Part shown: piece by piece, positions 7,365 through 14,375 of the stretch
Numbering within the stretch: the first letter of the stretch is position 1
Layout of the letters: every line of letters begins with the position of its first letter
Assembly: GCA_048882485.1 (NCBI GenBank)
Contig: JBHLRP010000040.1
Location: 6,004-28,697 of the forward strand
Origin: Candidatus Thorarchaeota archaeon
GTDB taxonomy: Archaea; Asgardarchaeota; Thorarchaeia; Thorarchaeales; Thorarchaeaceae
Length of the DNA: 22,694 bases
Reading direction: 5' to 3'
Translations under genes and position numbers: made by a program
The notes under the pieces: model-generated
The model's database searches: none
Told to the model about the DNA's origin: nothing
The model's input: the letters and a program-made list of their open reading frames with translations, nothing else

Positions 7365-7475
7365 TTTCTCACTTCATTTGATTCGTCAACCAACCAATAT
7401 GGGTAGATTGTGATTGCTAGGGCGATCCTATGCAAGATTGAAAAGGAAGTTGGCATCTAGTGCTCTTTTGGCGAG

Positions 7476-8603
7476 TTGAGTCGAATGCAAAAGGGCACTT
7501 CTGGACCCAGTTCTAAGATGCACCCGGTAGTAGGTGTGCTTTCAAGAGCACCAATGAAACTCATCTATACAATAATCCTCGTTGGTATACTTACCTATGC
7601 TGGGTTTCTTGTACTCACTCTCTTGACAGGACAGATGACACAGGTCTTCTTCTCATTTATGCATCTGGTGCAATTGGATTTCTCCTTATTGATTACTGTT
7701 GGACTCTTCTTCTTGGACAATTACTACAAGACATTGGAGAGGAGGCTCAGAGAGATACGCTATGTCTTCTTGATCGATGATGGTGAGTTTGAGAGATATC
7801 TCGAGAATCTGACCGGCAAGATGAGCAGTGCACGGGGCTTCTTGCTAAGCCTTCCATTTATTGTTCTAGCAGTAGCGTCTATTTTTCTCTTTGTGATGCC
7901 AACAATGCCTAATCTTCTATTCCCTGTGGACCAGCTATCACTTGTCTGGCTATACCTGTCGATAGTCGAGTTCAGTTTCATTATGCTTCCATTATTTGGC
8001 GTGGCAATCTGGCTTGGTGTCGTAGTAATGTCTGTTTCAAAAGATATTGGACGAAAGCTGAAGATTTCATTGGAACCGATTTCGCCGGATCGTGCGGGCG
8101 GACTAGTTTCGTTCTCAGAGGTGCTCTTAAGAGGCGTGTTCATGTTTTCTCTTTTGCTGGTACTGTTGATACCCCTGTTCGTTTATCTTGTGAACAGTCT
8201 GAGCGCAAGTAGCCCCTTATTGGCGCTAATACCCACAGCAGGCCTAGTATTGGCAATTATGACCATTTCCGTATTCTTCCTGGTCCCTCAATACCACATT
8301 CATAACATCCTAGAAGTAGAGAAAAAGAAGCACTTATCCCAAGTCAGCGACGAAGTCAATGCAGTCCTTTCTAACATCCGAAGCATTCTCTCCGCATCGC
8401 CTACAAGATCTGACATTCCATCTCAGCAACTTACTCTCGTGAGCCTACAGCTTACTATGCTCTTTGATCAAGTAGAGAAAATGAAGACATGGCCCTCCAC
8501 TCTGTGGATAGCCGCTAAGGCAATCAGCTCTCTAAGTCTCATTCTGCTAACATTCTTCATCAATCAGTTTCTCTTGATTTATATAGAATCAATTATCGGC
8601 TGA
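7476..8603 (+). CDS. Hypothetical polytopic membrane protein (PD-x-x-GGL ... WP motif family)
   Basis: About seven TM segments, with SPDRAGGL, PQYHIH and MKTWP motifs. The true start may be the downstream ATG at 7518. Confidence 0.8.
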   Translation: MSRMQKGTSGPSSKMHPVVGVLSRAPMKLIYTIILVGILTYAGFLVLTLLTGQMTQVFFSFMHLVQLDFSLLITVGLFFLDNYYKTLERRLREIRYVFLIDDGEFERYLENLTGKMSSARGFLLSLPFIVLAVASIFLFVMPTMPNLLFPVDQLSLVWLYLSIVEFSFIMLPLFGVAIWLGVVVMSVSKDIGRKLKISLEPISPDRAGGLVSFSEVLLRGVFMFSLLLVLLIPLFVYLVNSLSASSPLLALIPTAGLVLAIMTISVFFLVPQYHIHNILEVEKKKHLSQVSDEVNAVLSNIRSILSASPTRSDIPSQQLTLVSLQLTMLFDQVEKMKTWPSTLWIAAKAISSLSLILLTFFINQFLLIYIESIIG

Positions 8604-8685
8604 CGGTACTCAATGTGCGCTTTGAAATATTGCATTGTTCAAATCATGACAAAAGGTATACGTTCTAGTCGATGCAATCTGAAAT

Positions 8686-9174
8686 ATGGTGAGAAACAAA
8701 CGCATACGAACACGAATAGTTTCGATTCTCCTTTCTATTTCCATCATGGTCCCAGCTACTTGGGAGGCCCAAATTTGGGGTGTAGGGGAACATATAGTTA
8801 CTGATGCGGGATTTTCTCAGATTATATTCGCAGGTGCATTCTACGCTATTGAATGGAATAGCTCAAACGCAATGGGCCATGTACTTAATACCTTCGAACT
8901 AATGATTCCGCAAGTCAATCCCGTCGCTCTGCTAGTATGGACGATTGGGATTCTTTCATTATTAGTATCAGTGCTGGTTCTAAACAATAGACTTGGCTCT
9001 GGAAAGGGCTTTCTAATGATTTTCCTAAGCGCGGCTCTTCTCATGCTTGCGCCGCCTATCAATACATCCATCGTAGAAGAGGTCTATACCTATCGGATGC
9101 GACCACTTCTCGTGCCTCAGATTGTTAATTCACTGGTACTCATTTGGTATGCTAGAACCCGAAGCCTTGAGTAA
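8686..9174 (+). CDS. Hypothetical multi-pass membrane protein
   Basis: About four hydrophobic segments. Overall layout resembles the 6298-6780 product. Confidence 0.75.
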   Translation: MVRNKRIRTRIVSILLSISIMVPATWEAQIWGVGEHIVTDAGFSQIIFAGAFYAIEWNSSNAMGHVLNTFELMIPQVNPVALLVWTIGILSLLVSVLVLNNRLGSGKGFLMIFLSAALLMLAPPINTSIVEEVYTYRMRPLLVPQIVNSLVLIWYARTRSLE

Positions 9175-9328
9175 AACACGCCGCTCAAGGTTTAAGTACG
9201 GAAAAATCCAATATTCAAATGACTGTGGGAGAGTTAGCATTCATTGCCGCCACCTCAATACACTGTTTCTACGTCCTAGTTTTCCTAAGGTCTACTCTCA
9301 TAGTCAATTGCCTAATTGAGGAGAAAAA

Positions 9329-10759
9329 ATGGAAGATATCAGACGGATACGATTAGGAATAATGGTTTCATTTACCATTGTGATACTATTCATGACGGTT
9401 TCTGTCACGCCCGTAGCCGCATATGGCAACTCGAGTGGAGTCCGCTCTAACAAGACAGGAAATGACCCTCATGACTGGATTACATTCCGGGCTATCAGTA
9501 TACTTGGCTCGGATGGATATTCGAAAATCAGCGCCGAGGTTAACACTTACTTCGCGAAGATGCAGGAGGGATCTTATGATGCTGACTGGGGAGAAGGAGT
9601 CATTGCAGACCTGCCTGTTGCCGCCAGTGGACACTATTGTGACCCAACTACTGGTTTAGGTTTCAATCTCATTTTCCAAGGTGCTGGGAGCTATGCTCAG
9701 GGATACTTCGACAAAGCTGTAGAACAATACGAAGGCGGGAATAAGGAAGAGGCATATTATAACCTAGGAGCTGCAATCCATGTGCTCCAGGACCTCACGG
9801 TTCCCCATCATGCACATATTTGGGCTTGGGAACAGGCTGGGCATACAACCTACGAAAGCTACATCAACGGAAAAGAGTCCTTCATCAAGGGAATAGGTGG
9901 CCCTGGTTACTATGAAATAGCCACAACTGCAAGTGGCTGGGTCCGCTACAACGCAAAGCAGAGTTATGGATACCACACATATGTGAACGGTGCTTCAACT
10001 TCAGGCAACAACGATTACTGGCATGCGGCCCGGAATCTCTTGCCTATAGCTGTAAAGACGACTGCTGGATTCCTCCGCTTCTTCTATGAGGAGGCCAATC
10101 AGGGGAGAAAAGAAGCCGAGTTCTCTGGAACTCTATACAGTACAGGGACATCATATGTCAACTATTTCGATGTGCCCTTTGGCGATCATACAATTGTACT
10201 GGTCGGCAATGAGCCTGGTGCAGATGTTGACCTCTATGTGAAATGGGGGGCAACGCCCTCTTACCCCTACACTGCATCTAGCTTGACAGGAGATTCAATG
10301 GAGAAGATCACTATACGAGGGAAAGGTCGACTATATTTCAAGGTCTACTCTTGGAAAGGTAGTAGCAGCTGGAAACTAGCTGTCATCTACGGAAAGCCAG
10401 ACAAGTCAAAATCGATCACCGATTCACTCAGCTATTCTTCTGATCGCACAGACACCTTCAGCCTCAAAGGAGGACTGACTGAAGGCTACATGATTGGCTG
10501 GGCATTCATGGCTGGGCCTGATGGCAACGACTTCGATCTCTATGTACGATGGGAGAGAGCCCCTACGACTTCCACCTATTACGACAGAGGCTATACATCG
10601 AAACCTCAGGAGATATGTGATGCTAGGTCACCCAAGTACGCACCTTCCTCTGGATACCAAGTGAAGGGCTATATCTATAGCTACAACTATCTCTTCTATG
10701 TGATGGCGAGGGCATACAGAGGCTCAGGCGACTACATGCTCCTGATTCTCATATTTTAG
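9329..10759 (+). CDS. Secreted zinc-dependent phospholipase C / S1-P1-nuclease-fold protein with two C-terminal PPC-like domains
   Basis: Signal peptide ending V-A-A. Tri-zinc ligand pattern H(DWI)...DAD...HY-x-DP...LG-x-A-x-H-x-LQD-x-x-x-PHH...H-x-x-YE. C-terminal DVDLYVKWG-x-x-P and DFDLYVRW-x-x-APT motifs are typical of pre-peptidase C-terminal domains. GAGGAG RBS. Confidence 0.85.
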   Translation: MEDIRRIRLGIMVSFTIVILFMTVSVTPVAAYGNSSGVRSNKTGNDPHDWITFRAISILGSDGYSKISAEVNTYFAKMQEGSYDADWGEGVIADLPVAASGHYCDPTTGLGFNLIFQGAGSYAQGYFDKAVEQYEGGNKEEAYYNLGAAIHVLQDLTVPHHAHIWAWEQAGHTTYESYINGKESFIKGIGGPGYYEIATTASGWVRYNAKQSYGYHTYVNGASTSGNNDYWHAARNLLPIAVKTTAGFLRFFYEEANQGRKEAEFSGTLYSTGTSYVNYFDVPFGDHTIVLVGNEPGADVDLYVKWGATPSYPYTASSLTGDSMEKITIRGKGRLYFKVYSWKGSSSWKLAVIYGKPDKSKSITDSLSYSSDRTDTFSLKGGLTEGYMIGWAFMAGPDGNDFDLYVRWERAPTTSTYYDRGYTSKPQEICDARSPKYAPSSGYQVKGYIYSYNYLFYVMARAYRGSGDYMLLILIF

Positions 10760-10778
10760 TGATGCTTTAGTTTGATGA

Positions 10779-10826
10779 GGGCATAGCAGGCTGTGAAATG
10801 CTGCTGTGCCCCTAGCTTCTTTTATT
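10779..10826 (+). terminator. GC-rich hairpin followed by a T-rich tract downstream of the PLC-like gene
   Basis: GGGCATAGCAG (10779-10789) pairs with CTGCTGTGCCC (10801-10811), 11 bp with one G-U, followed by CTAGCTTCTTTTATT. Confidence 0.55.
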
Positions 10827-10919
10827 GACTTGTGAAAACGGGCAGCTTCTTCCTCGTTGACACAAAGCCCAAACTATATTTCGGATTGTTAGTATCCTGA
10901 CTTAATGAGATGACCAAAC

Positions 10920-11162
10920 ATGATGAACAAGTTCCAAGACCTGATGAATGCCAAAGTTCCTGTACAGCTAGTAGTGGACGCAATAACCGATAGAGCGCAT
11001 CACAAGGTTGTCAAGGGCAGAATAAAACTTGTAACCAGGAACTACATCGAAATAGGCAGGGCGGCCACAGGAGATGAAAAATCCCAGTTTGGTACCGAAG
11101 AAGTCAGAGTCATAATTCCAATAGAGAAGATTGCCGAGGTAATATACTCACAAAGTGAATAG
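10920..11162 (+). CDS. Small hypothetical protein, probable Sm/Hfq-like fold
   Basis: N-terminal helix, then VPVQLVV / VKGRI / YIEI / VIIPIEKIAEVI strand pattern comparable to the Sm1 and Sm2 motifs. Confidence 0.6.
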   Translation: MMNKFQDLMNAKVPVQLVVDAITDRAHHKVVKGRIKLVTRNYIEIGRAATGDEKSQFGTEEVRVIIPIEKIAEVIYSQSE

Positions 11163-11180
11163 GCGTAAGCAGGAATGTGC

Positions 11181-12122
11181 TTAATCCGGAATCCCGTGAA
11201 TCCTAACGGCGTTCTCCCAATAGAGCTTGCTAAGGACTGATACAGGCAAATCTAGACCATTGATGAAGGTCCCACCAGTATCTTTTGTGTCTGCATCATC
11301 GAATGGGAGGGGTCTTTCTCGGACATTGGTTTCCCATAGAAGCCTCTGGGCAAGATATCTTCCGGCAAAGTAGTCCTCACTCCCCCTGTTGGTCGACAAA
11401 TCCGTACCAAACATGATTCTATCAGAGTACTTGAGCAAGAAATCACGAGCCTTTTCGACATCCTTGCTGAGCTCTCTTGCCATCCATCGGGAAGATGCCG
11501 TATCAATGATTACATTTGGAAATCTATCCAACCATCTGGCAAGGTTTGATAGGTGATGTATCTCTGGCTGTGAGCCAAAGTGGGGAAGCTGAAAGACAAG
11601 GCGGGGATGGCGTTCAATAACATTCTCAAGTTGTGCAAGACTATCAGTCTTTGTTCCGTATTTCGTTTTATCTTGATAATGTAAGTCATAGTATGTATCA
11701 GGATCGGCAACATGAAGCAGAAGAGGGACGTTATGGTCCTCGAGGGCTTGAAAGATTGGGTCTAGGCGGAGATCATCAATTCTGAAGTCATCAGGGACCT
11801 CTTGGTAGTAGTCCCTCCAACGAGGACCAAACCACATCTTTGCAAGTCCATAGCCCTCTGCCTCAATTCTCTCAATAACTGCTATGACCTTGTCCACCTC
11901 AAAATTCGCAACATCACTAAGAGATAGATACTTGGCAAAAACGAACCGATTCGGGAACCGCTTTCTTATTGGTTTGAGATTACCCTCTCCATGCACAATA
12001 GCGACCTGAGATGCTACGTCAAACTCCTCTTCGATCTTCACCATCTGCATCAGATCATCTGAATGACCGATATGCGTGTGCGCATCGAAAATTTGCCCTT
12101 TGTATTTCCACTCTTCCGTCAA
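11181..12122 (-). CDS. Amidohydrolase superfamily metal-dependent hydrolase (Amidohydro_2-like)
   Basis: FDAHTH, LLLHVAD, PHFG, IDTA and RIMFGTD motifs, with C-terminal Y-x-ENA. Confidence 0.9.
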   Translation of the reverse strand: MTEEWKYKGQIFDAHTHIGHSDDLMQMVKIEEEFDVASQVAIVHGEGNLKPIRKRFPNRFVFAKYLSLSDVANFEVDKVIAVIERIEAEGYGLAKMWFGPRWRDYYQEVPDDFRIDDLRLDPIFQALEDHNVPLLLHVADPDTYYDLHYQDKTKYGTKTDSLAQLENVIERHPRLVFQLPHFGSQPEIHHLSNLARWLDRFPNVIIDTASSRWMARELSKDVEKARDFLLKYSDRIMFGTDLSTNRGSEDYFAGRYLAQRLLWETNVRERPLPFDDADTKDTGGTFINGLDLPVSVLSKLYWENAVRIHGIPD

Positions 12123-12190
12123 AATTGACCAATTCTGCGATATTATAGGTATTGAAAAGCGATTCCGTTTAGGTCCTTTTCCACGCTGAG

Positions 12191-12877
12191 CTAATCCCAG
12201 AGCTTCTCTTTGACTGTTGTTTTGCGTTCAGGGCTTAAGGAGGCATAGCCAGAGAGCTTCTCATCAGGAATACCCCAGATGGTATCCGCGATGCAATCGA
12301 AATGATGCCATTTGTAGTTCAGATGATCTTGAAAATATGTAGGCTCACCTATTCTCAGTGAGTCCTTAGGAATAGTACTGTTGCATGTCTTGCAGGATGC
12401 TCGACCTGACACTGCTGGCTCTATCTTCCAAGTGTCTTCTGGATTGAACTTCAGGCGGCCAGGTTCTCCAAGAGCCAGGAGGAACTCTTCAGGATCGCCT
12501 CCAACAATAGCGGGTGTAAATCGAAGAGTGAACTTGTCATAATCAGATCCGATGTATAGAACGTCGACATTCCTATTCTTGAACGTCTTCTTGATGCTTG
12601 TACCCGGGGCAAATGTTCCATGTTTCCTCATGAAAGCAAGCAGCTGCTTTGCAAGAAGCTCGCCTGCCTCTTTTTTCCCCGTAAGATCCACTAGGCCATC
12701 ATCCTTTGCTAGCTTATAGGTTGTGACGACAACGGTCATGCCTGTGTCTATTGTTTCACGTCCCTTCTCTAGCACAATCGATCCAACAGGCACCTTCGAA
12801 CGAGCCTTTGGCATTTCGAAGGTTTCTGGGTCTACGTAGTACGCCCAATCTGCTTCATACGGAACCCAATCAGTCAT
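12191..12877 (-). CDS. Protein with a C-terminal PARP-type zinc finger (zf-PARP) and an unknown N-terminal domain
   Basis: IEPAVSGRASCKTC-x-x-x-IPKDSLRIG...KWHHFDC...LSGY-x-SLS matches the C-x2-C...H-x2-C zf-PARP consensus (E-x-AKSGRA-x-CK-x-C...I-x-K-x-x-LR...W-x-H-x-x-C). Confidence 0.85.
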   Translation of the reverse strand: MTDWVPYEADWAYYVDPETFEMPKARSKVPVGSIVLEKGRETIDTGMTVVVTTYKLAKDDGLVDLTGKKEAGELLAKQLLAFMRKHGTFAPGTSIKKTFKNRNVDVLYIGSDYDKFTLRFTPAIVGGDPEEFLLALGEPGRLKFNPEDTWKIEPAVSGRASCKTCNSTIPKDSLRIGEPTYFQDHLNYKWHHFDCIADTIWGIPDEKLSGYASLSPERKTTVKEKLWD

Positions 12878-13020
12878 TTAACATGCACCTCAATTCCTCT
12901 GTTCTCGATGATTCATAAAAAACCCACGCTTGACTTCACATCGCAGTCTTTGAGTATGTCTTCTACATGACTCAATTCTTAAGATGACCTTTGATTCTGG
13001 CGAGTTGAGAGAATTCAATT

Positions 13021-13851
13021 ATGACATCAGTAGCGCTTGTGAAATTCAAGGATAGCCTGAAGAGCACACTCAGTGCGGGCTTGGACTTTATTGGTGGGTT
13101 TTCAAGTCTGAAATCACCAATACTCATTAAGCCTAACATCTGCACGATTTCTGATGCTACTGGCTCGTCAGTCACAGACGTGAGAGTCGTTGAGGCCATT
13201 ACTAGACTCATTCTTGAGGAAGACCAAGGATTAGTCGTTAAGATAGTTGAATCAGACAGTCAGAGTAAGTACGCAGAAGCCGCCTTTGAGAAGTTTGGAT
13301 ATGCGGACTTGGAAAGGTCAATGAAGAAGGAGGGGTTCGATGTGTCTGTGGTCAATCTCAGCAAATCACCTCTGATCAAAGCAGATTTCAAAGGTAGATA
13401 TTTCGACAAGCCCGAGCTGCCAGGACTGCTAGTCAATCCCCACTATTTTGTTTCAGTCGCTGCATCTAAGACGCATTATCTTACTACAATCACTGGATCT
13501 TTGAAGAACCAGTTCGGAGTTCTTCCCAGAAAGGACCAAGCCTTCTATCATTCGGATATTGATAATGTGGTTATCGACCTGAATAGTTTCATACAACCAG
13601 ACCTGTGCATCGTTGATGCAAGAGTTGGTGTGGAGGGCTGGAACGGACCCAAAACGCGACGACTTGATGCATTCATCATTGGGCGCAAGCCTGCTTCAGT
13701 CGATGCCACAATGGCTCGGATCATGGGCTTCGAGCCAGGTGAGATTCCACATATACTGGAATCTAGTCAGCTAGGTCTTGGCAACATTAATCCAACCGTC
13801 TTGGGAGAAGCCATTGAATCAGTGCAGGTCGCGTTAAATCTGCCTAAATGA
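13021..13851 (+). CDS. DUF362 domain protein
   Basis: LIKPN, TD-x-RVV, KTH-x-x-T-x-x-TG-x-LKN-x-FG, IVD and VDA-x-x-A-x-x-MG motifs. Confidence 0.88.
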   Translation: MTSVALVKFKDSLKSTLSAGLDFIGGFSSLKSPILIKPNICTISDATGSSVTDVRVVEAITRLILEEDQGLVVKIVESDSQSKYAEAAFEKFGYADLERSMKKEGFDVSVVNLSKSPLIKADFKGRYFDKPELPGLLVNPHYFVSVAASKTHYLTTITGSLKNQFGVLPRKDQAFYHSDIDNVVIDLNSFIQPDLCIVDARVGVEGWNGPKTRRLDAFIIGRKPASVDATMARIMGFEPGEIPHILESSQLGLGNINPTVLGEAIESVQVALNLPK

Positions 13852-13916
13852 CTATGTTTCTTATGCAACCCACTTAAATGACCAATACAGCTCGAACTGC
13901 AAGGAATGAAGAAATA

Positions 13917-14366
13917 GTGAAAAGAGTCCTATTCTTGTGTACTGGAAATTCAGCACGCAGTCAGATATCCGAGGCCCTGTTAAGACTACTGGGCGAAGAT
14001 GGATTTGAAGCCTATAGTGCAGGTACACATCCAGCATCTGAAGTGAATCACTTTGCCCTAGAAGTCTTGAAAGAAAGTGGGGCCAGCATAGAGGGCCTCT
14101 TTCCGAAGACTATTGATCACTTTGCAGGACAGGAATTTCATCTTGCGGTGACGGTCTGCGATAAAGCGAAACAGGAGTGCCCAACTTTTCCCGGAGCGAA
14201 AGCAATGGACCATTGGTCGCTAGAAGATCCCGCAGCCTTTGAGGGGACCTATGAAGAGATTCTTCAAAAATTCAGAGAAACTAGAGATGAGATTGAGAGA
14301 AGAATCAAGACATACATTCTCCAGGACAAGCTTGCGGAGGACCCATTGACAACACTCAGGTTGTAG
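13917..14366 (+). CDS. arsC: Arsenate reductase, thioredoxin-coupled LMW-PTP fold
   Basis: P-loop CTGNSARS, the VTVCD-x-A-x-x-x-CP redox cysteine pair and HW-x-x-x-DPA. GTG at 13917 is likely the start (the track gives ATG 13878). Confidence 0.88.
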   Translation: MKRVLFLCTGNSARSQISEALLRLLGEDGFEAYSAGTHPASEVNHFALEVLKESGASIEGLFPKTIDHFAGQEFHLAVTVCDKAKQECPTFPGAKAMDHWSLEDPAAFEGTYEEILQKFRETRDEIERRIKTYILQDKLAEDPLTTLRL

Positions 14367-14375
14367 ATTGGAACA

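Noticed and set aside
10775-10815. ATGA-stem-AA-loop hairpin as a possible SECIS element
   Set aside because: The 3' side reads CTAG rather than the NGAN needed for the tandem G-A core, and I saw no in-frame TGA candidate in neighbouring genes. Treated as a terminator-like hairpin.
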